A stretch of DNA of 64,000 nt from Takakia lepidozioides (lineage: Eukaryota > Plantae > Bryophyta), in NCBI GenBank assembly GCA_030704615.1, contig CM060732.1, forward strand, positions 2,728,001 to 2,792,000, given 5' to 3'. This document shows positions 44,726-58,400 of this stretch, piece by piece; the stretch's first letter is position 1; each line of letters begins with the position of its first letter. A model generated the notes under the pieces. It was given only the letters and a program-made list of their open reading frames with translations, ran no database searches and was not told the origin of the DNA. Made by a program: the position numbers and the translations under genes.

Positions 44726-47459
44726 GTACCACCTGCCCCCACTCGACATGCTTGAGGGGTAACTTTCGCTGCCATCACTTTCAGAGCCCCCTCTGATGCC
44801 CTCCATGCGCTCATGGTCTGTGGCCCAATCAAGACAGACAGATGCAATCAAGACAAGTTAAAAGAAAGCCATTCAGGAAAATGCTCTGCCATGATGAGCA
44901 ATTGATCTGCTTATGTGAGTACAAAATACCCCAGACATGGCTCCTCTGACATGATCCTGGAAGCATCAATCCTTGCAACTGGCTGCGGAAAGGTACATAT
45001 TGTGACAGCAGCGGTTGCAAGACTACAGCCACCAACAGGAAAGATCAATGAGTTAATTTTGGATTGTCTCTCTCTCTCTCTCTCCTAGATTCCTGAACTT
45101 GTTTCCAGTTTGTGACATGGGTGAGGACCTTCAGGATGATCTGAAGGGCCTACCTTCAGCACTAGACTGGAATTTAAACTTAGGGCAGGGAGTCTGCCTT
45201 TGAAGTCAGATCTGACATGCCTATACATAAATGCACATGATAAAATATGGCAAAGTAGAAGAGATAACATAATCAACCACGGAACAGTCTGAAAAAGATA
45301 GACAACTTCAGTCCTATCCATGCGCCAAATACACACAAACCAATAGAGCAACCTACCTAAGCACAAGCCATGCAATGTAGATCCACCATCTTCCACTTCA
45401 ATGGAAATGTTATGGGAAGAAATAAAAAAATCATAGAGGACCAGCAATCATAGCCATAGTTATGGCCTCAGTGATACTATAGGAAGAGACTAACGTAGAT
45501 GCACATACAGCCTTGAAATTAGGAAGAATATTCAAGTTCAAATCATTGTCACTAGTCTTCCACTGCCAAACTGAAGACCCAACAGAGGCTTTGGCACTTT
45601 GCATCCAGTGCTTCAAGTCCTTTTTGAACTCCCAACAAGGGAAAGCTAAAACAGTTCTTGGAGCAGAAGGTAAGCATGATGAAAATGGTTCCATGGTCTA
45701 ACCCTGGTAACTTTCTGCTGATAGTTTTCTTTAACAGGTTTAGAGCCCTTAGAATGTTCCAAAACTGTAAGAGTTCAAAGTACTTGCCTCTCCATGGTTC
45801 ATAACCTGGAGTTGCAGCAGTGCCTTCCTCCCCCACACCTCGCCGGGTGGTTGTGATGCGGGCCTCAATGTGAGTTTCCTGTAACATTAGCTTTTCAGGC
45901 ACGAACAGATATGAGCTTAGCTGCAACCACAACATGAAAGACTGCTCCAAGATAGAAGAGTTGGAAATCTCTAAGCACTCAGCCCGCTCAGAACAATCAG
46001 TCATGACCTACAGCTAGTTCCCTTCCTCCCCGGCACCTTAATCTCTTTCTTCAACTGCTCTTACATACTGGGCTTGCTGGGCCTTGCTTTTTCCAAAATC
46101 CAACTAGATTCCTTGTGCATGTCAACGATGTCTAATTGAATGTTATCTGGAATGCGAACTCAATGATTCGGAAACTTATGAGTACCATCCGTTGAAATGA
46201 GAGAGAAAACTAAGAATCAAGTAAAGACAAAACTGGAGACACTTTATGCTGCACCCCTCCATTTTTGAGAAGTATCTTATGCAGCTCTGAAATACAAATT
46301 GTGTTTCATAACTCGTTCCCTACTTACTCCTCTCTTGGTAAGAGTAAAAAATTTACTAGAACTGTTCAGGACACACCTGTGACATTATATCACGTGGATC
46401 ACGAGTGTCCAAAACTGGCGGCTCGCTACCTGCAGCGCCGAACAAGTCTCTGCCAATTGAAGCTTCCTCTACTCTGCCAATCATGCCCTCGGCTGGTAAC
46501 ATTGCCCTCACTGGACTTGCCTTTCGTCTTTTTTCACCTAAAACCAATTGTACTCTCTTCAATCCCAAGCACTGAAGTTGGCCTATCAATATCTTATAGA
46601 AATTGGGCCTTGATACACACATGGTAACATTTGCAGAGTAGCCAAGCAAAATTTATTCTGTCCTAGTTCTCTGTCTGTACGTTCATCCAATTCTGCAGTC
46701 TACTAGCCAATTCTGTTGTACTCTTACAAAGGTTTCTACATTGTGATTTGTGCACATGACATTCAAACACACTTTCTTGAATTGTTCATTACTTGCTTAC
46801 TGTTCAGTCAAGGAAGTCTCTTCTTCACCCGGTAATCGAACCCAGTTTCGTCAGAACAGGGAAGAAATTTGGGACCAGGGTGGAAAGGTGAGGGAAAAAG
46901 AGGAAATGCAGTCAATTTTGCAGTGAACATTCCTTTCATGTGGATAATTATATCTATGATGAGATCCCCAATGCCAAAACTGAGTTTAGAAAGATCGAGT
47001 ACCAAACGATAATTGGTCCGAATCAAACCTCTTCTTCCCCTTGAGAGCGTGTGCAGGTTCAATCATTACATTCGGATGCCGTTTCCTGAACCAATCCATC
47101 CAGCTCTTGCCAGGCATGCCATTCTTAAAGGGCGTTTCTCTCCCTTGACATAACTCCGCTACCTTTCTTCTTAACATGTAGAATGTAATCGAGTGACCTG
47201 TCCTCTGCATTTCCATGCACCATTCGACTAAGGACTCTTCCTCCTCCTTTGATAAAACCGTGCGAGGCCCTCGCTTCTTGGAGGATGTTTTCCCACTCAT
47301 CCAGTCTCGAATTGATGTCTCAGGAATGCCGTACTTCTCCCCAATCTTGGCTATAGATGCTGCCCCCTTCTTCACCTCTTTGATTGCTTCTCTCATGGCG
47401 TCCTCCGTCCAGGAACCTCTGTGGCGACTCTTGCGGACCGCTCTCTTCGATTGTGCCAT
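41948..47459 (-). CDS. HTH_psq + CENP-B-type HTH protein with C-terminal coiled coil (pogo/Tigger-derived, no DDE), paralogue A
   Basis: Predicted exons 47459-47003, 46537-46377, 45878-45788, 44817-44733 and 42227-41948; phases are compatible and the spliced product aligns with paralogue B. Motifs WTEDAMREAI..YGIPETSIRDW, TVLSKEEEESLVEWC, PGKSWMDWFRKRHP, SEDRKDRRLERQL. Confidence 0.8.
42571..44722 (-). mobile_element. Stack of (CT)n-tailed LINE copies (RTE/RTEX-like) in intron 4 of paralogue A
   Basis: Diverged 3' piece 42571-42858; 1.55-kb copy 42860-44418 (QGCTLSPLLF, MFADD, CPLCGQSEDSIHFLIHC); three tandem ~80-bp 3' ends at 44419-44722. All end ...ATANNVL* followed by (CT)n. Confidence 0.9.
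45085..45205 (+). mobile_element. Short diverged fragment of the same LINE family next to a (CT)n tract
   Basis: cctgaacttgtttccagt...aatttaaacttagggcagg..gcctttgaa matches the reverse complement of about 43300-43420. Confidence 0.7.
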
Positions 47460-50227
47460 ACTTTGACAGCGACCTGACCTACAGAGCTCTCGGTTTATCT
47501 CTCACTCTCTGGAACGATGACACCAGACAACTCAATCATCGTAATATACCGTCAACATGCTGCCACCAGAACTAAGCGAGAGCATCAGCGAAGAGGAGAC
47601 AAGAAAGGTCTGATAATTTCTGCTTCAGTTGCTGGGCAGGTAAGCATCTGCAACCCGCCAATACTGGTCTAACATTTGGGTAGAAAGTCTGCTGGCGCAC
47701 GCACTGAATTGCCCAAAGTAACTCTAGTGATTAACTAGCTGTACATTAAAATGCAAGGTCCCTACAGCTCTAACCCCTCCCCCTCTCCATTTCCGGACCT
47801 TGCAAACAGTTCCAGGCCACAATCTGCAAGAAGCCGTAAAGATACAAATCCACAACTGCAACTCACCCCCGTCTTTGAAGATTGCAGAAAAATCCGAACC
47901 CTTGCCTCTCCCTGTGAAAAAAGAAGAAGACAACACGCTCCAACCTTTGTCTGCAACTTCTCAACAAATCAATCACTGGATCGGTGAGAATCCTTACCCG
48001 CATTACGCACCCATCACGAAGATCAGAACACGCGGTTTTACCCAGCCATCCTCCACCACGAACCCCCATAGCCGCAAGGGGCTCCCCGCCCACACCCAGT
48101 CACATCTCATTGTGACCGGACGCGAGCGGTCATTCCCGCGCAGAAACAACAACTCTGTGGCGTGGGCGGAAAGCCTAAATGTGGCGACCGTTGACAAACC
48201 GCGCGGTTAAACTTTCGCTAACCGCGCGGCGCACCTGTACAGTCTCGTGGGACTTTCAAGCCGTTCGATCATCAAAGGAGCGAATTATATCCGTTGAGAT
48301 TAACCTCTGGTTCGATCAAGGACCCCGCGCACGGGGAGGAGGACAGTTTTTGGCACCTCGGACTCTTCACCCTTTACTGCACGAATTTACTGCCCCACTC
48401 TCTGCGCGGGGCCGTGACCAATTGCTGCCTTGGCCATCGGCTTTAGCGGGTCGCTGCCACAAGGTCCGTGTACGGAACATTCGATAAGACCGGTGATCAC
48501 CGGTTGTAGGACAGTTAACCTCGGCCTTAGGTTATCTTGATGCTTGGCTTCCTTCGTTCCTTGTCTCGGAAACAAGAATTTGAGGTTGTTTGTCCATCTT
48601 TAGCTCCACAGCGTCTGATTCTGGTGTCTGAGCGTCTGTTTCCAGGAGCGCTTATCTAGAGCGCTTTTCTGTGTGACGTAGAACTGTCTTCTTTCACACT
48701 TACTAGCGGCGTCGGCGAATGTTTCCGAATTTTTCCTGGACTCTTCCAATCGAGATTTGGGCCCTTCCCCGCCAAGTTTTGTGTAAGGTACGATTTCATT
48801 TCTACATAGGAGTGTAGGGGGAGCAGCAGATAAGATGTTCCAACTTGACACTATTCCCAGGTCTATGAGATGTTGAAGCATGCCAGCAAAGGCTTCGAGG
48901 TTGAAAGTTGAATGTTCATGGTCTGCTTTGAGACCATCTTCGTACCACGACAAAATGTGGATTGGTTTTTTAAGTAGTTCGTGTCTGTCTTCTTTTCTTA
49001 AGGGAAAGGCATAATGATAGTAGATGTAAATGTCTTAAAGTCAGGGTATGTGACTCCCCGTCTTTTTTTCTCCCATGCTCTCCTCTGGCGACTAGAATTG
49101 GGAGCGGCATGTCCACAATCTACTTAATTCTACTTCAAAGTTAATTAGAGAAGTTGCACATACTCATACGTCCCACCTCCCTTTCCCGCAGCCTGAAGCT
49201 CTTACTAGTATATTCCGCTGGGAATTATCGTTTTTTTTCCGAGTGAAGTCATGATGAGAATTTATCCACATCTGGCTCAACCTGCATTTGGATGCAGGTT
49301 TTAAGTGAGTCCTTAGGTATTTCAGATATCACTGTCTCTTTGTTCTCCTAAATGATCTGCTGTGGAAAGAGTAGCATAAACTGGTGCATAATTTGATTTT
49401 GTTGGTAATCACAATCTCGTCTGTTTCACTGTTTCACAGTGTTCCCCCTAGTCGAATGGTTGCTGTGGTTGGATTTCTGTGACTGATTTTCGAAGGAAGC
49501 AAGAACATTGTCTTGTTAGTGTTGAACCCTGAATAGCTTATGAGCCATTGTTCAAAAGTAGGTTGATTGCATTTGAACTGGTCAAAGGGTCAGATTGTGA
49601 GTCTACTAGAAATCTATATTTGCAGACATGAAGGGTTATACTTTTGAGAGTTTAAAACAGCTGAACAAGAGGTAAGTACTTCATTTAGAAACACTTATTA
49701 TAAGTGTGAGAGTTGCAGTTATGTGGGGTGACCGTTTTTGTCAACTGTGGTTTCGAGTGGTGTTGACAGGTTCACTCACTGCAGCTGAAGAGAAGGTCTT
49801 TGAGGTCACTGACCAACAGCTATGGGGACACACTCCCTCTCGGAGCCTTTTCATGGATTGTGCCTAGGGAGACACAATATATTGCTTGGTGATGAATACC
49901 AGTCCAGCCTTTTCAATATAAGTCATGCTCAAGCCACCAAGGAAGGGACATGAAATGTTGCATTCCAGGTCTCTTTATCAGTTTGACACTTGTCTGTAAG
50001 TTGTTTGTGTAGTCCGAGTTTGTGTGCACTACCTCCTGTGATCCAAGCTTGTCAAGAGAACCTATTTTACCAGCTGCAAACTGGGGGTGGAAATTCCAAC
50101 GTGCCAGTCGTTCGAATGAGCTGTATTGTCAATATTTAAGCAGAAAACGCACAATCCTCTCATTGCGTCGGTTATGCAGGCCCCTCCCAGATAAGCGATT
50201 TGGGTATGATTTCCCCGCAGTAGCGGA

Positions 50228-53160
50228 ATGTCACAGTTGAAGAAGTCAGCACGACGGGGTCGGATGATGGGAAATTGGACAGAAGAGACAATGAAGGAAG
50301 CAATCAAAGAGGTTGAGAAAGGGAAGGACTCCATAAGGAAGGTAGGGGACAGGTTTAACATTCCAGCTTCATCCATTAGAGATTGGATGAGTGGGAAAAC
50401 CTCATCCAAAAAGAAAGGGCCTCGCACTGTCTTGTCCACGGAAGAGGAGGGCTCCATTGTTGATTGGTGCCTGAAAACACAGCAGACAAGCCATGGCATC
50501 ACTTTCTACATGCTGCGGAAAAAGGTGGCTGATGTGTGTCAGGGAAGAGAGACACCATTTAAGGATGGCATACCGGGGAAACGGTGGCTGGAATGGTTCA
50601 GGAAACGCCACCCCAGTGTAATCATTGAACCGGCTCATGCACTCAAAGGAAAGAAGCGGCCTGAATCAGAAAGAGAAGTTTTAGCAGGGAAGAGGAAGAA
50701 GCTGAGTCCAACAAGAACGCCGGCAATCTGTGAGGGAGATGTCTTGGCAGCTGAAATGGCTGGGAGAGACGTCTTCGGCTCTGCACTGAGCGAGCTACCA
50801 GGCTTGGTAGATACTCAGGATACACAAGGTATATTGGCCCATGCTCACATCAAAGCAGATGGAGGGGAGGGTGGATTGACGGCTGGGAGCTTTGAATTGT
50901 GGAAAGGCAAGAGCATCACGCCTAGTGACCCCAGTCATTATGCCACATTCGAGAGCAGACGTCTTCTACCATTCCAGCATGATGTGGGTTTAAGAACCAA
51001 CACGTTAAAACCAATGTAATCTGCAGTCTTACCATCTAATTCAGTAAAGCTGGATATTCTGTGCTTACATGGTACAGTGTTATGCCATCTAAAGTTTGCC
51101 TGTATTCCCACCACGTTTTTGTCTTGTAGAGGGAGGAGAGGGTGACTTGATAAATTGGGTTCAGTCTGTATTTCTAGATGGTGAAGTACTGATGAGGCAA
51201 AAGTGTCGCATCCTTTGTCAATTCTCTGCCTAGTCGGGTCCAGACCTTCAAATCTGTGTTTGAGGGAAATTTTACTTGGTTGTAGTTATCCCTTCCTTTG
51301 CATAGCAACACATGGACTAAATTTTTTTCTACTGAGCGGAGCTTGTGTGTTTCTTTTATGGTATTACAATATAGTGCATACTGTTAAGATTTCTTATCAT
51401 GGTGTCTAGTGTAGTGAAGACCTTTTCTGTGAGGGTTGTGTCCTCTCCTGGGACTGCAAGCTTGTGATCTCTTAGGGACACCAATGCAAAAGTGGGGATT
51501 CAGGCACTCTATCTGTGCTTATGATGGTTGCATCAGTGCTAGAGGAATTTTCAGTGTCTGGTGCAGGCAGTGCGTGTGCTTGTATCTCTCGCCTATCTCA
51601 CTCAGAAGGCAACCAGCAGACAGCCAGATGCTCGGTTTGTAGGTGTACACCTACCCTTCAATCTAATTTATAACCTGGACCAAAATCACATGAATCACAA
51701 TTTTGCTAACAATTGCTGGGGTTTCCTCCGCAGTGATCGCAGGGAGGTGTTCACTCTGGCATCTGCTGTGTGGAGGTAAGCTGTAGCAGTAAGTGATGAG
51801 GCCTCTTGTTTGGAGGGTGCTCATCTCCCCCTACATTGCCACCTCACCAATGTGGGGTGGACAAGACCTGCTGCTTCTGGTATTGCCAGACCACATTGGC
51901 AGCAAACCACTGGACCAGAAAAAGTTGTAAATTAGATTTGCAGCTACCAGCTAAGTCAAGACTCAAACTGCAAACTTATAAAATGAGAAGAATATATTTT
52001 GATATTTTGATAGTGCAGGGGAGTTGTACCAATCTCTGGTACTGACTTCTATCAGAAGGTCGTGGATCAATTTTCCTTGGAAAACGAGGTAACGAGTTGC
52101 ACGTTGTCCAGTTTTGTCTATTATTTTCATCATTTTGACTGTATCATCATGAGGTGACGTTTGGATGACATTTTAAACAGAAACTTCGTGAAATAGGTAC
52201 CTTCCATACCCCTGTGTGCAGAGCTGAGCAGGTGAAATTAGTAGTGTCCGTAAGGTGTTTGGCTTGACATTTGACCTGCTCTTATGTCAAAGAAATCACT
52301 GTAATCAGTGAAATAATGCTGGAGGAAATTTCTGCAGTTAAAGAGTGTCAGTCACATCTTTTCACTATTGTGCAGAGGATGAAGGTTTGGGGAATTGCGG
52401 GGCATCAAGAGATAAATGGTGTTCCTGACACAGCAGTTGTGTGGAAGTTGTTGAATTCTGAGGGTGTTGAGAGGTCTCTAGTTGCTGCCCCTCGCTACTT
52501 TCTTTGGTGCCATTTCTCTAGCAGTGCTCTCTGCTTTCTCTGGTCTCCTTTTATTGCCGGAGATCCATGTCAGTGCTGCCAACTGGGTTAGGTGGGCATT
52601 TTGCATTCAGATGATTTGGAGATGTTCAAAGCATTTGCAATTTTTCACCATGTTGGTTACCTCATCTCATGTTCATTCTCATTACCTTTTCTTTCCTTGT
52701 CGTCAGAGGCACTGCACCATTCACAAGTGATTGTTGCATGAGCTCTGGGTGCAGTTGCAGACAACTTTGTACTACTGGCTTGCCCTTGTCCAAATTACTC
52801 AAAAGCTGATGATTAAACGTGGATGCATATTTCTTAACAAGTGGTGTTTGAAAATTTCCTGCAGGCCACACAGATGACTCCAACAGTGCCAGTGATGGTG
52901 ATAGGGACAGTGATCCCTTGAGCTGGTCAAGTGGGCGCCATAGGAGTAAGACCTGGTTTCAACGTGCTGAAGGCCTTGAAGGGATTCAAGAAGTCTTACA
53001 ACAAAGCGAGGACCGCAAAGACCGTCGCCTTGACCGGCAACTGGCTGCCCAGGAGCGGTTTGCATCTGGCTACGTTGATGCCCTTGCAAGCATTGCAGAG
53101 TCATTGCGTAGCCTGGCAGCCCAGCCGCCACACTCACTACTAAGCAGCAGTGAGAGATAG
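50228..53160 (+). CDS. HTH_psq + CENP-B-type HTH protein with C-terminal coiled coil, paralogue B
   Basis: Predicted exons 50228-50906 and 52865-53160, joined by a GC-AG intron (phase 1). WTEETMKEAI..FNIPASSIRDW, PGKRWLEWFRKRHP, SEDRKDRRLDRQL. Confidence 0.8.
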
Positions 53161-55404
53161 GTTTATCAGAGACAGATCTGTAAGAAAGCGCCACTTTTGA
53201 CTACCCGCCACTGTCAGGAACTATCCCAACTCTTTATGTGAGTGCATCTTGGAGTGTCATCCATGCCGTAGGAATGGCATTCCTTGTTACAGCTAGAAAG
53301 CCAAGGGTTCGTCCAAAAGTTGCTGGTGCAGAGGGACTTGTGTAGCTAAGTTCTCCATAGATTGCTGGGTGTATGGCTGGCCACAAAAGACAGGCCAATG
53401 TGAAGATGTCATGGGTGTGTGACAATGTTGCGACTGGTTCCAGGAGAGCTTTCTTTTCTCTCTTTTCCATAAGCTCTTTGTGAATGGTACAACTTATTTA
53501 TTTCTCTCTTCTTGCGTCCTTATGGTTTCTTGGTAGGAGTTCTGCTGCACGGACGTCTTTCTTCTTCGTCTGTTGCAAAGAAAGCGGCTGGCAGCCCAGA
53601 AAAAACTTCACAGCCTAGCTTTGGCAAGCCTGACTGGCCGGCCTCTTGCACTATCAAAAATCACAACTAGAGGATGACCGAGCTAGCCCCAACCAAGGAA
53701 TGAGCCAGTCACATATTGGCCGTGGATCTTGTGTGCACAAGAGTAAATCCGACTACTAGTTTTGCTACGATTCCATTCCCAACCTCAGGCGATTGTGCTT
53801 CTGTGCTTATGTGCAGAGGAAAGCATGTCCACAACATTTGGATCTGGGAACCTAGACTTCACACCATATGGAAAGAGGTTGGCAGAATGGCTCCTGCCAT
53901 GCCCACCGCAATGTTTGTTTTATAGAATGCGGTTCTTAGATGTGGGGACTGATCACTGATCTTTTTCATCAGCCTCATTTTAACCATACATGGCAAAAGA
54001 AACATGGGGCGCACAAAAAGTCTGAATCACCTGTGTGGGCCTCTCCCAATCCTGATATTGACCAAACCTCACATGTTAAATCAAATCACACCACCTCATT
54101 CCTACCATGGAATGGATTGGATCATCCCAAACTTGTCTTGCAAAGAGAGACCATTCCGGCCAAAGTTGATGTAGGTAACACACCTTTTGACAACTCGCCC
54201 TTTTCAGAGGTGGACCCGGGTTGATTGTACTTTTAATGTGTGGGTTGGTTGGTTTTTTAGCTAAAGTATCTTCATAATGATTGATGTAAGGCAATAAGAT
54301 GTTCAGCCTTGAGGCTAGTGGTTGTATGTGGGTTATTGGCTCTCTTGTAGAGAGAGACTTTGCATCATGTTGAAGTCAATGGATAAAATGTGGTCAAAGG
54401 ACCTTGCACCGTGTCAAGGCACCGATTGGTGTATTGTGCTGAGTCATGCCCCTCTCTCACCTTCCTCTTATGTTTTGCCAAAGCAAGAGAGCCAATCGCC
54501 GTTTTAGGCTTCTTGTGGAATGTAACAAGACTGCAGATATGGATACCCTCACAAACTGCCACTGTGAGAGGGCCAACCTTCCTTTCGGAGTAAGTAGGCC
54601 CAGCAGTATAAGGATAAAAGCTTCAGAACAGTCAAAGGTCGATCAGGTGGAAGGACGACCAGAGCTAAGGCACACATGCCACAGTGATCCAAATAGCAGC
54701 CCAACAAAACTGCAAAACAAGAGGAGTCTAGCTGGAAGTCCAAATTATACTTGAGTATATCATCCCACGAGTTAGGAGCTCTGGGATCGGGTAGTCCAAC
54801 ATTTTCTTCTATCTACAACAGTGATTGCCTTCTGTGACCTGCACTGCATGATAACAATGTAATTGAGAACACAATGTTTCAATTCAGAGCTACTATTTTT
54901 ACAAGGGTCCCATGCCATGTATACTGGATTTCATATGCATCAACTCCTGCTAAGAGAGACCAAAACCTGCTAGTAATAGAGGTACAAAACAACAAATAGA
55001 AATTTCTTGCGACCTGTCTTTCTAGATAAAGCCATAGGAGGTTGCCGTCGGCAGCTGAAGATGTAACTTGTGACCACAGCACTGATTCCTTTCTGGAGAG
55101 GTGAAAACCCACAAGGAAATGAGCACCCATAGAAGTAACAGGGTAATGGCCATGATGTCATCTATTACCCACCTGGAATGCCAGATATTCCTCGGCAGCC
55201 CTTTTCTATTTGAACACAACAAGCAACCCTCCTGTCCTTGAGGTTCCTTATAGTAAGTGGAAGCAAGGAAAATGGTCGCAACCAGCTCCTTGGGAAGTAA
55301 TGACATGGATTCATGAAATACATTGGCATGTCCGTGAATTGAACATGTATGAAGGTGTGGAGAAAGTTAGTAGACAAGCCAAGCTCCAGTGTAGTTAGAA
55401 ATTT

Positions 55405-58400
55405 CTATATAGTGTGTGTGTGGACAGGTCCGTGTAAAACTTTGGAGATGGCTTCAATAGTGCTGGGGGTGGTTCGGCAGCATCCACCAATCAGTTGGGC
55501 GCCAGCATCACGCCATTCAGCAACATACGAAACAAAGTCTGTGTCTGATTTCCCTCCACATTGCTGCACAGGACACATACAACAGACAGCACAGAATCTC
55601 AGCAATCACCCATTCTCACTGTCCTCCCTGTTTAACAAGTTTTTATTTTGTACTTCAGCCACCTTTGCCCCACATTTCCTTAGGCCTGTTTGCTGATTTC
55701 CATGTGAATTTTTTTTACCTATAATCCCATCACCCACAGGGGTGAGTCCTGTACTGGAAATAGTGAGCCTTCAGGACAATAAGTGACTCCGACATAGACT
55801 GCAGAGGCCATTCACTGCAGCATAGCTGAACCAAAGAGTGTACAGGGATTCTTGTATAGTTGTCATGGAGACACAGGGCAACTGAGTGGGGGAAGCAACT
55901 TACAATCCACTCCTTGTTGATGCCGTCCCAGGACTCTCCACTGTTTGGATAGATCACTATGGGCTTTGATGTCACCTGGTCTTCCACAAAAAGCCAAGCA
56001 GGTGAAAATGAAGATACAAATCTATCTATTAACAACTTGTAAGGGCAATATTGCCAGAAGTAGATGAATAATGTGGAATGCTTCGGACAGATATAAGGCA
56101 TAGCAAATGCATCAAAACAATTCCATTTCAATCTATTTTCTTGTGCCACCAAAAAAGAAGAGAGTCCTAGGAAATTGTTACCCTTACATCCATCGAGAGG
56201 AAAGGAAGGATGTCTAATTGTCCAGTGTTTTAAAGCACACTCAAGAGAGTACTCTATGCACAACCTCAACGGGGGGTGGTCAAGCAGAACAAATAACAGG
56301 AGGGATTGCACTAGAATGTGAGAGACAATACCTGTCATCCACAACCTCAAAAACTACTGTCAATAGACCTCCAGAAGACAACGAAAATTGTTTCTGGCTA
56401 AAACAGTACCAGGTGCCTGAAGGGGTTGCCTCACAAAGTGACAGAAGACGTTGAGCCTAGGGGGTGAGTTTAACCTTGCGAGCAGCACAGATCAGGCCAT
56501 GAATGAAGCGAGGAGGGGTGCAATTGATGCCCACAGCCACAACTTTCTCGCTTCTATCTGCTACCGCAACACACTCCGCAAATGAATCCCCATTCACGAC
56601 ATTGATGCCATCCTTGGAGTTGAAAGTGATCCATGAGGGAATTTTCACGTCTTCTTGCTCTAGAAGCTCGACCAGGGCCTGCAGGAGAGGTGCAAGCAAC
56701 ACACATCATGAGGATCCCTGGTGGGCATCTAGTGGAGCAATAAACAATTGTTTGAGAAAATTGTTGCTGAAAACTTTGTCAATGCAAAGTAGACCTGGGC
56801 TTCGAGTTTAGAAGGGATGGTTTCGAGGGCCAGCAAATCAGCTCCTGCATTGGCAAGCACCAGCAAACGGCCACGGTGGAATCCCTTCAGCTTCTCAAGT
56901 GTCACATCTGGTCCATAGTCTCCACTGCACTCCCACCCAACGTCAAAAAGCATGATAACTACACACACACTCACAAGCCTCTGGAAGTTTATCAGCTCAA
57001 CAACAGGTCCATGGACAGACCCTGCACAGCTAAAATTGTTAGTCCTCACATGAACAGCCGATTTTACTCACCTTCTAGAGTAAAATTGAGGGTGAGAAAG
57101 AGAGATTGTACTCATAAGACGTTGTTTGCCGTAGCCTTGTGGCCATTGACCCCGCGCCCAGTTTGAGCGGGAACAAAAGGGACAGAACCTACCTCTGTCA
57201 GGGGCTGACGTTGGTAGTGTGACTTACCATCATATATAGAATTAATCTGGGTTTTCCAGATATCCTCTAGAAATCCCTTCACACAAGCATCAATCTACTG
57301 TGTGTGATTTGCCCAAAAACTAAGCCTCAGGAGGGCCTGGGCTTTTGGCTCAGCCTCGAGACTTTCAAAGTTGTTAAACAGGGGTACAGGCACAATTCCC
57401 TTGATAGAATTGAAGAGAGCGTCTCTTTGGTGAGAGAACCCCGGACAGTTGTATCAGAAAGTGAATACTGTCTTCAGATTGCCCACACAGCGGGCAATTG
57501 CACTCTCCCTTTCCTCTCTGCTTCTGTTTGCTGTTCAAAGGTAGGCTTCCTGCCCTGAGTTTAAATTTCAGTCTAGTGCCGAGAGTGGGTAGACCCTTGA
57601 GGTCATCCAAGATGTCCTCCCCCATGTCACTGACTGGAAACAAGTTCAGGGAAGTTTTCTGCCTAACTTCATTTTCATCAGACAATCTTATGGCAACAGA
57701 CATGGCTGAGGACACTACAGCCTCTAAGTCAGATTTATCCAGCAGGGTCAAGACTTGCGGATCCAGGTCCAGGTCCTTGAGAATCTCTTCTACTCTCTTC
57801 TGCCAGGACTTAGCCTGTTTGACAGGGCAGTCCTGTTTCCAAGATATAGAGTCGATTAACTTAGGATATCTGGTGTTGGGCATATGTTGCAGCTGACCCC
57901 ACCATCTGACCTTGAATTCATCTCGTCGGGAGCTTAAGGACGGAATGCCAAACTCACCCGAACAGCCACATTGGCTGTTTTGGAGCATGCTGACATACAC
58001 TCCTTAAGCACCCACACTTGAATGGATTCTAGAGACTTAGCCTGGTTGGAGCTATCAACCCATATAGCAGATCCGTACTCCAAGGCAGGTCTAATAACGC
58101 GACAAAGCATGGTTTTCTTAACCTCAGAGGTGACCCCTCTGCAGTGGAAAAATTTAGTGAGCCCCAGAGCTTTGCCCTTGCCAGTTTGAACAACTTTCCG
58201 GATATGTGCATCCCAATTACAATTGGAGGAGAACTCAACGCCCAGGTAAGTGTAGGAAGGGAGGACCGGGATCTCTTGGCTACCCCACTGTCACTTAAGA
58301 TCACTTCCTCCCTCTCCTCTGTCGTTGAATGCTACCACTGCACATTTGCTGACATTAGCCTCTAGCCCCCAAAAGATCAAAGTATCTCTTCGCGCAATCA

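Noticed and set aside
46986-51019. Active pogo/Tigger transposons
   Set aside because: No DDE domain or TIRs; the HTH exons splice to a conserved non-transposase tail.
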